Below are positions 28,601-42,600 of a stretch of DNA of 64,000 nt, one piece after another. This DNA is from the human T2T-CHM13v2.0 reference genome, Homo sapiens. The stretch lies in NCBI RefSeq assembly GCF_009914755.1, contig NC_060925.1, one strand, 5' to 3'. The notes below the pieces were generated by a model. It was not told where the DNA came from, did not search any database, and saw only the letters and a program-made list of their open reading frames with translations. Position numbers and translations under genes: made by a program. How positions within the stretch are numbered: position 1 is the first letter of the stretch; the number at the start of each line of letters is the position of its first letter.

Positions 28601-31600
28601 TATCATGAAATTGAAATGGATGGACTCATCATCGAATGGATTCGAATGGAATCATCGAATAAAATTGATTGAAATCATCATCGAATGGAATCGAATGGTA
28701 TCATTGAATGGAATCGAATGGAATCATCATCAGATGGAAATGAATGGAATCGTCATAGAATGGAATCGAATGGATTCATTGAATGGAATCAGATGGAATC
28801 ATCGAATGGACTCGAATGGAATAATCATTGAACGGAATCGAATGGAATCATCATCGGATGGAAACGAATGGAATCATCATCGAATGGAAATGAAAGGAGT
28901 CATCATCTAATGGAATTTCATGGAATCATCATCAAATGGAATCGAATGGAATCAACATCAAATGGAATCAAATGGAATCATTGAACGGAATTGAATGGAA
29001 TCGTCATCGAATGAATTGAATGCAATCATCGAATGGTCTCGAATGGAATCATCTTCAAATGGAATGGAATGGAATCATCGCATAGAATCGAATGGAATTA
29101 TCATCGAATGGAATCGAATGTTATCAACATCAAACGGAAAATAACGGAATTATCGAATGGAATCGAAGAGAATCATCGAACGGACCCGAATGGAATCATC
29201 TAATGGAATGGAATGGAATAATCCACGGACTCGAATGCAATCATCGTCGAATGGAATCGAATAGAATCATCGAATGGACTCGAATGGAATAATCATTGAA
29301 CGGAATCGAATGGAATCATCATCGGATGGAAACGAATGGAATCATCATCGAATGGAATCGAATAGAATTATGGAATGAAATCCAGTGTGATCATCATCGA
29401 ATGGACCCGAATGGAATCATCATCCAACGGAAGCTAATGGAATCAACATCGAATGAATCAAATGGAAACACCATCGAATTGAAACGAATGGAATTACCAT
29501 GAAATTGAAATGGATGGACTCATCATCGAATGGATTCGAATGGAATCATCGAATAAAATTGATTGAAATCATCATCGAATGGAATCGAATGGTATCATTG
29601 AATGGAATCGAATGGAATCATCATCAGATGGAAATGAATGGAATCGTCATAGAATGGAATCGAATGGATTCATTGAATGGAATCAGATGGAATCATTGAA
29701 TGGACTGGAATGGAATCATTGAATGGACTCGAAAGGGATCATTATTGAATGGAATTGAATGGAATCATCGAATGGTCTCGATTGGAATCATTATCAAATG
29801 GAATCGAATGGAATCACCGAATAGAATCGAATGGAACAATCATCGAATGGACTCAAATGGAATTATCCTCCAATGGAATCGAATGGAATTATCGAATGCA
29901 ATCGAATGGAATTATCGAATGCAATCGAATAGAATCATCGAATGGACTCGAATGGAATCATCGAATGGAATGGAATGGAACAGTCAATGAACTCGAATGG
30001 AATCATCATTGAATGGAATCGAATGGAATCATCGAGTGGAATCGAATGGAATTATGATCAAATGGAATCGAATGTAATCATCATCAAATGGAATCAAAAA
30101 TAACCATCATCAATTGGTATTGAATGGAATTGTCATCAAATGGAATTCAAAGGAATCATCATCAAATGGAACCGAATGGAATCCTCATTGAATGGAAATG
30201 AATGGGGTCATCATCTAATGGAATCGCATGGAATCATCATCAAATGGAATCGAATGGAATCATCATCAAATGGAATCTAATGGAATCATTGAACAGAATT
30301 GAATGGAATCGTCATCGAATGAATTGAATGCAATCATCGAATGGTCTCGAATGGAATCATCTTCTAATGGAAAGGAATGGAATCATCGCATAGAATCGAA
30401 TGGAATTATCATCGAATGGAATCGAATGGTATCAACACCAAACGGAAAAAAACGGAATTATCGAATGGAATCGAAGAGAATCTTCGAACGGACCCGAATG
30501 GAATCATCTAATGGAATGGAATGGAATAATCCATGGACTCGAATGCAATCATCATCGAATGGAATCGAATGGAATCATCGAATGGACTCGAATGGAATAA
30601 TCATTGAACGGAATCGATTGGAATCATCATCGGATGGAAACGAATGGAATCATCATCGAATGGAAATGAAAGGAGTCATCATCTAATGGAATTGCATGGA
30701 ATCATCATAAAATGGAATCGAATGGAATCAACATCAAATGGAATCAAATGGAATCATTGAACGGAATTGAATGGAATCGTCATCGAATGAATTGACTGCA
30801 ATCATCCAATGGTCTCGAATGGAATCATCTTCAAATGGAATGGAATGGAATCATCGCATAGAATCGAATGGAATTATCATCGAATGGAATCGAATGGAAT
30901 CAACATCCAACGGAAAAAAACGGAATTATCGAATGGAATCGAAGAGAATCATCGAATGGACCCGAATGGAATCATCTAATGGAATGGAATGGAATAATCC
31001 ATGGACTCGAATGCAATCATCATCGAATGGAATGGAATGGAATCATCGAATGGACTCGAATGGAATAATCATTGAACGGAATCGAATGGAATCATCATCG
31101 GATGGAAATGAATGGAATCATCATCGAATGGAATCGAATAGAATTATGGAATGAAATCCAGTGTGATCATCATCGAATGGACCCGAATGGAATCATCATC
31201 CAACGGAAGCTAATGGAATCAACATCGAATGAATCAAATGGAAACACCATCGAATTGAAACGAATGGAATTACCATGAAATTGAAATGGATGGACTCATC
31301 ATCGAATGGATTCGAATGGAATCATCGAATAAAATTGATTGAAATCATCATCGAATGGAATCGAATGGTATCATTGAATGGAATCGAATGGAATCATCAT
31401 CAGATGGAAATGAATGGAATCGTCATAGAATGGAATCGAATGGATTCATTGAATGGAATCAGATGGAATCATCGAATGGACTGGAATGGAATCATTGAAT
31501 GGACTCGAAAGGGATCATGATTGAATGGAATTGAATGGAATCATCGAATGGTCTCGATTGGAATCATTATCAAATGGAATCGAATGGAATCACCGAATAG

Positions 31601-32583
31601 AATCGAATGGAACAATCATTGAATGGACTCAAATGGAATTATCCTCCAATGGAATCGAATGGAATTATCGAATGCAATCGAATGGAATTATCGAATGCAA
31701 TCGAATAGAATCATCGAATGGACTCGAATGGAATCATCGAATGGAATGGAATGGAACAGTCAATGAACTCGAATGGAATCATCATTGAATGGAATCGAAT
31801 GGAATCATCGAGTGGAATCGAATGGAATTATGATCAAATGGAATCGAATGTAATCATCATCAAATGGAATCAAAAATAACCATCATCAATTGGTATTGAA
31901 TGGAATTGTCATCAAATGGAATTCAAAGGAATCATCATCAAATGGAACCGAATGGAATCCTCATTGAATGGAAATGAAAGGGGTCATCATCTAATGGAAT
32001 CGCATGGAATCATCATCAAATGGAATCGAATGGAATCATCATCAAATGGAATCTAATGGAATCATTGAACAGAATTGAATGGAATCGTCATCGAATGAAT
32101 TGAATGCAATCATCGAATGGTCTCGAATGGAATCATCTTCTAATGGAAAGGAATGGAATCATCGCATAGAATCGAATGGAATTATCATCGAATGGAATCG
32201 AATGGTATCAACACCAAACGGAAAAAAACGGAATTATCGAATGGAATCGAAGAGAATCTTCGAACGGACCCGAATGGAATCATCTAATGGAATGGAATGG
32301 AATAATCCATGGACTCGAATGCAATCATCATCGAATGGAATCGAATGGAATCATCGAATGGACTCGAATGGAATAATCATTGAACGGAATCGAATGGAAT
32401 CATCATCGGATGGAAACGAATGGAATCATCATCGAATGGAAATGAAAGGAGTCATCATCTAATGGAATTGCATGGAATCATCATAAAATGGAATCGAATG
32501 GAATCAACATCAAATGGAATCAAATGGAATCATTGAACGGAATTGAATGGAATCGTCATCGAATGAATTGACTGCAATCATCC
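10664..32583 (+). repeat. 10,960-bp tandem duplication (about 10664-21623 and 21624-32583; identity continues to 32981)
   Basis: Seen: private variants recur at +10960 (12250T/23210T, 17401G/28361G, ORFs 19908/30868 and 20315/31275). The sum 2x4592+1776 equals 10960. Confidence 0.92.
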
Positions 32584-35517
32584 AATGGTCTCGAATGGAA
32601 TCATCTTCAAATGGAATGGAATGGAATCATCGCATAGAATCGAATGGAATTATCATCGAATGGAATCGAATGGAATCAACATCAAACGGAAAAAAACGGA
32701 ATTATCGAATGGAATCGAAGAGAATCATCGAATGGACCCGAATGGAATCATCTAATGGAATGGAATGGAATAATCCATGGACTCGAATGCAATCATCATC
32801 GAATGGAATCGAATGGAATCATCGAATGGACTCGAATGGAATAATCATTGAACGGAATCGAATGGAATCATCATCGGATGGAAATGAATGGAATCATCAT
32901 CGAATGGAATCGAATAGAATTATGGAATGAAATCCAGTGTGATCATCATCGAATGGACCCGAATGGAATCATCATCCAACGGAAGCTAATGGAATCAACA
33001 TCGAATGAATCGAATGGAAACACCATCGAATTGAAACGAATGGAATTATCATGAAATTGAAATGGATGGACTCATCATCGAATGGATTCGAATGGAATCA
33101 TCGAATAAAATTGATTGAAATCATCATCCAATGGAATCGAATGGTATCATTGAATGGAATCGAATGGAATCATCATCAGATGGAAATGAATGGAATCGTC
33201 ATAGAATGGAATCGAATGGATTCATTGAATGGAATCAGATGGAATCATCGAATGGACTGGAATGGAATCATTGAATGGACTCGAAAGGGATCATTATTGA
33301 ATGGAATTGAATGGAATCATCGAATGGTCTCGATTGGAATCATTTTCAAATGGAATCGAATGGAATCACCGAATAGAATCGAATGGAACAATCATCGAAT
33401 GGACTCAAATGGAATTATCCTCAAATGGAATCGAATGGAATTATCGAATGCAATCGAATGGAATTATCGAATGCAATCGAATAGAATCATCGAATGGACT
33501 CGAATGGAATCATCGAATGGAATGGAATGGAACAGTCAATGAACTCGAATGGAATCATCATTGAATGGAATCGAATGGAATCATCGAGTGGAATCGAATG
33601 GAATTATGATCAAATGGAATCGAATGTAATCCTCATCAAATGGAATCAAAAATAACCATCATCAATTGGTATTGAATGGAATTGTCATCAAATGGAATTC
33701 AAAGGAATCATCATCAAATGGAACCGAATGGAATCCTCATTGAATGGAAATGAAAGGGGTCATCATCTAATGGAATCGCATGGAATCATCATCAAATGGA
33801 ATAGAATGGAATCATCATCAAATGGAATCTAATGGAATCATTGAACAGAATTGAATGGAATCGTCATCGAATGAATTGAATGCAATCATCGAATGGTCTC
33901 GAATGGAATCATCTTCTAATGGAAAGGAATGGAATCATCGCATAGAATCGAATGGAATTATCATCGAATGGAATCGAATGGTATCAACACCAAACGGAAA
34001 AAAACGGAATTATCGAATGGAATCGAAGAGAATCTTCGAACGGACCCGAATGGAATCATCTAATGGAATGGAATGAAATAATCCATGGACTCGAATGCAA
34101 TCATCATCGAATGGAATCGAATGGAATCATCGAATGGACTCGAATGGAATAATCATTGAACGGAATCGATTGGAATCATCATCGGATGGAAACGAATGGA
34201 ATCATCATCGAATGGAAATGAAAGGAGTCATCATCTAATGGAATTGCATGGAATCATCATAAAATGGAATCGAATGGAATCAACATCAAATGGAATCAAA
34301 TGGAATCATTGAACGGAATTGAATGGAATCGTCATCGAATGAATTGACTGCAATCATCCAATGGTCTCGAATGGAATCATCTTCAAATGGAATGGAATGG
34401 AATCATCGCATAGAATCGAATGGAATTATCATCGAATGGAATCGAATGGAATCAACATCAAACGGAAAAAAACAGAATTATCGTATGGAATCGAAGAGAA
34501 TCATCGAAGGGACCCGAATGGAATCATCTAATGGAATGGAATGGAATAATCCATGGACTCGAATGCAATCATCATCGAATGGAATCGAATGGAATCATCG
34601 AATGGACTCGAATGGAATAATCATTGAACGGAATCGAATGGAATCATCATCGGATGGAAATGAATGGAATCATCATCGAATGGAATCGAATAGAATTATG
34701 GAATGAAATCCAGTGTGATCATCATCGAATGGACCCGAATGGAATCAACATCCAACGGAAGCTAATGGAATCAACATCGAATGAATCGAATGGAAACACC
34801 ATCGAATTGAAACGAATGGAATTATCATGAAATTGAAATGGATGGACTCATCATCGAATGGATTCGAATGGAATCATCGAATAAAATTGATTGAAATCAT
34901 CATCCAATGGAATCGAATGGTATCATTGAATGGAATCGAATGGAATCATCATCAGATGGAAATGAATGGAATCGTCATAGAATGGAATCGAATGGATTCA
35001 TTGAATGGAATCAGATGGAATCATCGAATGGACTGGAATGGAATCATTGAATGGAATCGAAAGGGATCATAATTGAATGGAATTGAATGGAATCATCGAA
35101 TGGTCTCGATTGGAATCATTATCAAATGGAATCGAATGGAATCACCGAATAGAATCGAATGGAACAATCATCGAATGGACTCAAATGGAATTATCCTCAA
35201 ATGGAATCGAATGGAATTATCGAATGCAATCGAATGGAATTATCGAATGCAATCGAATAGAATCATCGAATGGACTCGAATGGAATCATCGAATGGAATG
35301 GAATGGAACAGTCAATGAACTCGAATGGAATCATCATTGAATGGAATCGAATGGAATCATCGAGTGGAATCGAATGGAATTATGATCAAATGGAATCGAA
35401 TGTAATCATCATCAAATGGAATCAAAAATAACCATCATCAATTGGTATTGAATGGAATTGTCATCAAATGGAATTCAAAGGAATCATCATCAAATGGAAC
35501 CGAATGGAATCCTCATT

Positions 35518-36461
35518 GAATGGAAATGAAAGGGGTCATCATCTAATGGAATCGCATGGAATCATCATCAAATGGAATCGAATGGAATCATCATCAAATG
35601 GAATCTAATGGAATCATTGAACAGAATTGAATGGAATCGTCATCGAATGAATTGAATGCAATCATCGAATGGTCTCGAATGGAATCATCTTCTAATGGAA
35701 AGGAATGGAATCATCGCATAGAATCGAATGGAATTATCATCGAATGGAATCGAATGGTATCAACACCAAACGGAAAAAAACGGAATTATCGAATGGAATC
35801 GAAGAGAATCTTCGAACGGACCCGAATGGAATCATCTAATGGAATGGAATGGAATAATCCATGGACTCGAATGCAATCATCATCGAATGGAATCGAATGG
35901 AATCATCGAATGGACTCGAATGGAATAATCATTGAACGGAATCGAATGGAATCATCATCGGATGGAAACGAATGGAATCATCATCGAATGGAAATGAAAG
36001 GAGTCATCATCTAATGGAATTGCATGGAATCATCATAAAATGGAATCGAATGGAATCAACATCAAATGGAATCAAATGGAATCATTGAACGGAATTGAAT
36101 GGAATCGTCATCGAATGAATTGACTGCAATCATCCAATGGTCTCGAATGGAATCATCTTCAAATGGAATGGAATGGAATCATCGCATAGAATCGAATGGA
36201 ATTATCATCGAATGGAATCGAATGGAATCAACATCAAACGGAAAAAAACGGAATTATCGAATGGAATCGAAGAGAATCATCGAATGGACCCGAATGGAAT
36301 CATCTAATGGAATGGAATGGAATAATCCATGGACTCGAATGCAATCATCATCGAATGGAATCGAATGGAATCATCGAATGGACTCGAATGGAATAATCAT
36401 TGAACGGAATCGAATGGAATCATCATCGGATGGAAATGAATGGAATCATCATCGAATGGAA
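35518..36461 (+). repeat. Internal 468-bp direct subrepeat pair (A and B copies) present in each canonical 1,776-bp unit (representative copy)
   Basis: Seen: paired near-identical segments 468 bp apart (ORF starts 35631/36099, 19343/19811 etc.). Diagnostic A/B differences include AAAGGGGTC/AAAGGAGTC, TTCTAATGGAAAGG/TTCAAATGGAATGG, GGTATCAACACC/GGAATCAACATC, TCTTCGAACGG/TCATCGAATGG and GGAAACG/GGAAATG. Confidence 0.93.
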
Positions 36462-36602
36462 TCGAATAGAATTATGGAATGAAATCCAGTGTGATCATCA
36501 TCGAATGGACCCGAATGGAATCATCATCCAACGGAAGCTAATGGAATCAACATCGAATGAATCGAATGGAAACACCATCGAATTGAAACGAATGGAATTA
36601 TC

Positions 36603-37910
36603 ATGAAATTGAAATGGATGGACTCATCATCGAATGGATTCGAATGGAATCATCGAATAAAATTGATTGAAATCATCATCCAATGGAATCGAATGGTATC
36701 ATTGAATGGAATCGAATGGAATCATCATCAGATGGAAATGAATGGAATCGTCATAGAATGGAATCGAATGGATTCATTGAATGGAATCAGATGGAATCAT
36801 CGAATGGACTGGAATGGAATCATTGAATGGAATCGAAAGGGATCATAATTGAATGGAATTGAATGGAATCATCGAATGGTCTCGATTGGAATCATTATCA
36901 AATGGAATCGAATGGAATCACCGAATAGAATCGAATGGAACAATCATCGAATGGACTCAAATGGAATTATCCTCAAATGGAATCGAATGGAATTATCGAA
37001 TGCAATCGAATGGAATTATCGAATGCAATCGAATAGAATCATCGAATGGACTCGAATGGAATCATCGAATGGAATGGAATGGAACAGTCAATGAACTCGA
37101 ATGGAATCATCATTGAATGGAATCGAATGGAATCATCGAGTGGAATCGAATGGAATTATGATCAAATGGAATCGAATGTAATCATCATCAAATGGAATCA
37201 AAAATAACCATCATCAATTGGTATTGAATGGAATTGTCATCAAATGGAATTCAAAGGAATCATCATCAAATGGAACCGAATGGAATCCTCATTGAATGGA
37301 AATGAAAGGGGTCATCATCTAATGGAATCGCATGGAATCATCATCAAATGGAATCGAATGGAATCATCATCAAATGGAATCTAATGGAATCATTGAACAG
37401 AATTGAATGGAATCGTCATCGAATGAATTGAATGCAATCATCGAATGGTCTCGAATGGAATCATCTTCTAATGGAAAGGAATGGAATCATCGCATAGAAT
37501 CGAATGGAATTATCATCGAATGGAATCGAATGGTATCAACACCAAACGGAAAAAAACGGAATTATCGAATGGAATCGAAGAGAATCTTCGAACGGACCCG
37601 AATGGAATCATCTAATGGAATGGAATGGAATAATCCATGGACTCGAATGCAATCATCATCGAATGGAATCGAATGGAATCATCGAATGGACTCGAATGGA
37701 ATAATCATTGAACGGAATCGAATGGAATCATCATCGGATGGAAATGAATGGAATCATCATCGAATGGAATCGAATAGAATTATGGAATGAAATCCAGTGT
37801 GATCATCATCGAATGGACCCGAATGGAATCATCATCCAACGGAAGCTAATGGAATCAACATCGAATGAATCGAATGGAAACACCATCGAATTGAAACGAA
37901 TGGAATTATT
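36603..37910 (+). repeat. 1,308-bp unit (loss of one 468-bp subrepeat; A/B fusion)
   Basis: Seen: anchor spacing 1308 = 1776-468. The single subrepeat starts with A-type markers and ends with B-type markers. Confidence 0.92.
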
Positions 37911-39687
37911 ATGAAATTGAAATGGATGGACTCATCATCGAATGGATTCGAATGGAATCATCGAATAAAATTGATTGAAATCATCATCCAATGGAATCGA
38001 ATGGTATCATTGAATGGAATCGAATGGAATCATCATCAGATGGAAATGAAAGGAATCGTCATAGAATGGAATCGAATGGATTCATTGAATGGAATCAGAT
38101 GGAATCATCGAATGGACTGGATTGGAATCATTGAATGGACTCGAAAGGGATCATGATTGAATGGAATTGAATGGAATCATCGAATGGTCTCGATTGGAAT
38201 CATTATCAAATGGAATCGAATGGAATCACCGAACAGAATCGAATGGAACAATCATCGAATGGACTCAAATGGAATTATCCTCCAATGGAATCGAATGGAA
38301 TTATCGAATGCAATCGAATGGAATTATCGAATGCAATCGAATAGAATCATCGAAAGGACTCGAATGGAATCATCGAATGGAATGGAATGGAACAGTCAAT
38401 GAACTCGAATGGAATCATCATTGAATGGAATCGAATGGAATCATCGAGTGGAATCGAATGGAATTATGAGCAAATGGAATCGAATGTAATCATCATCAAA
38501 TGGAATCAAAAATAACCATCATCAATTGGTATTGAATGGAATTGTCATCAAATGGAATTCAAAGGAATCATCATCAAATGGAACCGAATGGAATCCTCAT
38601 TGAATGGAAATGAAAGGGGTCATCATCTAATGGAATCGCATGGAATCATCATCAAATGGAATCGAATGGAATCATCATCAAATGGAATCTAATGGAATCA
38701 TTGAACAGAATTGAATGGAATCGTCATCGAATGAATTGAATGCAATCATCGAATGGTCTCGAATGGAATCATCTTCTAATGGAAAGGAATGGAATCATCG
38801 CATAGAATCGAATGGAATTATCATCGAATGGAATCGAATGGTATCAACACCAAACGGAAAAAAACGGAATTATCGAATGGAATCGAAGAGAATCTTCGAA
38901 CGGACCCGAATGGAATCATCTAATGGAATGGAATGGAATAATCCATGGACTCGAATGCAATCATCATCGAATGGAATCGAATGGAATCATCGAATGGACT
39001 CGAATGGAATAATCATTGAACGGAATCGATTGGAATCATCATCGGATGGAAACGAATGGAATCATCATCGAATGGAAATGAAAGGAGTCATCATCTAATG
39101 GAATTGCATGGAATCATCATAAAATTGAATCGAATGGAATCAACATCAAATGGAATCAAATGGAATCATTGAACGGAATTGAATGGAATCGTCATCGAAT
39201 GAATTGACTGCAATCATCCAATGGTCTCGAATGGAATCATCTTCAAATGGAATGGAATGGAATCATCGCATAGAATCGAATGGAATTATCATCGAATGGA
39301 ATCGAATGGAATCAACATCAAACGGAAAAAAAACAGAATTATCGTATGGAATCGAAGAGAATCATCGAATGGACCCGAATGGAATCATCTAATGGAATGG
39401 AATGGAATAATCCATGGACTCGAATGCAATCATCATCGAATGGAATCGAATGGAATCATCGAATGGACTCGAATGGAATAATCATTGAACGGAATCGAAT
39501 GGAATCATCATCGGATGGAAATGAATGGAATCATCATCGAATGGAATCGAATAGAATTATGGAATGAAATCCAGTGTGATCATCATCGAATGGACCCGAA
39601 TGGAATCAACATCCAACGGAAGCTAATGGAATCAACATCGAATGAATCGAATGGAAACACCATCGAATTGAAACGAATGGAATTATC

Positions 39688-42600
39688 ATGAAATTGAAAT
39701 GGATGGACTCATCATCGAATGGATTCGAATGGAATCATCGAATAAAATTGATTGAAATCATCATCCAATGGAATCGAATGGTATCATTGAATGGAATCGA
39801 ATGGAATCATCATCAGATGGAAATGAATGGAATCGTCATAGAATGGAATCGAATGGATTCATTGAATGGAATCAGATGGAATCATCGAATGGACTGGAAT
39901 GGAATCATTGAATGGACTCGAAAGGGATCATTATTGAATGGAATTGAATGGAATCATCGAATGGTCTCGATTGGAATCATTATCAAATGGAATCGAATGA
40001 AATCACCGAACAGAATCGAATGGAACAATCATCGAATGGACTCAAATGGAATTATCCTCCAATGGAATCGAATGGAATTATCGAATGCAATCGAATGGAA
40101 TTATCGAATGCAATCGAATAGAATCATCGAATGGACTCGAATGGAATCATCGAATGGAATGGAATGGAACAGTCAATGAACTCGAATGGAATCATCATTG
40201 AATGGAATCGAATGGAATCATCGAGTGGAATCGAATGGAATTATGATCAAATGGAATCGAATGTAATCATCATCAAATGGAATCAAAAATAACCATCATC
40301 AATTGGTATTGAATGGAATTGTCATCAAATGGAATTCAAAGGAATCATCATCAAATGGAACCGAATGGAATCCTCATTGAATGGAAATGAAAGGGGTCAT
40401 CATCTAATGGAATCGCATGGAATCATCATCAAATGGAATCGAATGGAATCATCATCAAATGGAATCTAATGGAATCATTGAACAGAATTGAATGGAATCG
40501 TCATCGAATGAATTGAATGCAATCATCGAATGGTCTCGAATGGAATCATCTTCTAATGGAAAGGAATGGAATCATCGCATAGAATCGAATGGAATTATCA
40601 TCGAATGGAATCGAATGGTATCAACACCAAACGGAAAAAAACGGAATTATCGAATTGAATCGAAGAGAATCTTCGAACGGACCCGAATGGAATCATCTAA
40701 TGGAATGGAATGGAATAATCCATGGACTCGAATGCAATCATCATCGAATGGAATCGAATGGAATCATCGAATGGACTCGAATGGAATAATCATTGAACGG
40801 AATCGAATGGAATCATCATCGGATGGAAACGAATGGAATCATCATCGAATGGAAATGAAAGGAGTCATCATCTAATGGAATTGCATGGAATCATCATAAA
40901 ATGGAATCGAATGGAATCAACATCAAATGGAATCAAATGGAATCATTGAACGGAATTGAATGGAATCGTCATCGAATGAATTGACTGCAATCATCCAATG
41001 GTCTCGAATGGAATCATCTTCAAATGGAATGGAATGGAATCATCGCATAGAATCGAATGGAATTATCATCGAATGGAATCGAATGGTATCAACACCAAAC
41101 GGAAAAAAACGGAATTATCGAATTGAATCGAAGAGAATCTTCGAACGGACCCGAATGGAATCATCTAATGGAATGGAATGGAATAATCCATGGACTCGAA
41201 TGCAATCATCATCGAATGGAATCGAATGGAATCATCGAATGGACTCGAATGGAATAATCATTGAACGGAATCGAATGGAATCATCATCGGATGGAAATGA
41301 ATGGAATCATCATCGAATGGAATCGAATAGAATTATGGAATGAAATCCAGTGTGATCATCATCGAATGGACCCGAATGGAATCATCATCCAACGGAAGCT
41401 AATGGAATCAACATCGAATGAATCGAATGGAAACACCATCGAATTGAAACGAATGGAATTATCATGAAATTGAAATGGATGGACTCATCATCGAATGGAT
41501 TCGAATGGAATCATCGAATAAAATTGATTGAAATCATCATCCAATGGAATCGAATGGTATCATTGAATGGAATCGAATGGAATCATCATCAGATGGAAAT
41601 GAATGGAATCGTCATAGAATGGAATCGAATGGATTCATTGAATGGAATCAGATGGAATCATCGAATGGACTGGAATGGAATCATTGAATGGACTCGAAAG
41701 GGATCATGATTGAATGGAATTGAATGGAATCATCGAATGGTCTCGATTGGAATCATTATCAAATGGAATCGAATGGAATCACCGAATAGAATCGAATGGA
41801 ACAATCATCGAATGGACTCAAATGGAATTATCCTCAAATGGAATCGAATGGAATTATCGAATGCAATCGAATGGAATTATCGAATGCAATCGAATAGAAT
41901 CATCGAATGGACTCGAATGGAATCATCGAATGGAATGGAATGGAACAGTCAATGAACTCGAATGGAATCATCATTGAATGGAATCGAATGGAATCATCGA
42001 GTGGAATCGAATGGAATTATGATCAAATGGAATCGAATGTAATCATCATCAAATGGAATCAAAAATAACCATCATCAATTGGTATTGAATGGATTTGTCA
42101 TCAAATGGAATTCAAAGGAATCATCATCAAATGGAACCGAATGGAATCCTCATTGAATGGAAATGGAAGGGGTCATCATCTAATGGAATCGCATGGAATC
42201 ATCATCAAATGGAATCGAATGGAATCATCATCAAATGGAATCTAATGGAATCATTGAACAGAATTGAATGGAATCGTCATCGAATGAATTGAATGCAATC
42301 ATCGAATGGTCTCGAATGGAATCATCTTCTAATGGAAAGGAATGGAATCATCGCATAGAATCGAATGGAATTATCATCGAATGGAATCGAATGGTATCAA
42401 CACCAAACGGAAAAAAACGGAATTATCGAATGGAATCGAAGAGAATCTTCGAACGGACCCGAATGGAATCATCTAATGGAATGGAATGGAATAATCCATG
42501 GACTCGAATGCAATCATCATCGAATGGAATCGAATGGAATCATCGAATGGACTCGAATGGAATAATCATTGAACGGAATCGATTGGAATCATCATCGGAT

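Larger units (their letters stand above)
2841..31274 (+). repeat. 4,592-bp higher-order repeat made of 1922+894+1776-bp units (five complete trimers at 2841, 11131, 15723, 22091 and 26683, plus one truncated at 7433)
   Basis: Seen: the recurring anchor spacing series 1922, 894, 1776, and ORF pairs at +4592 (3767/8359, 12057/16649, 13053/17645, 23017/27609). Confidence 0.88.
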
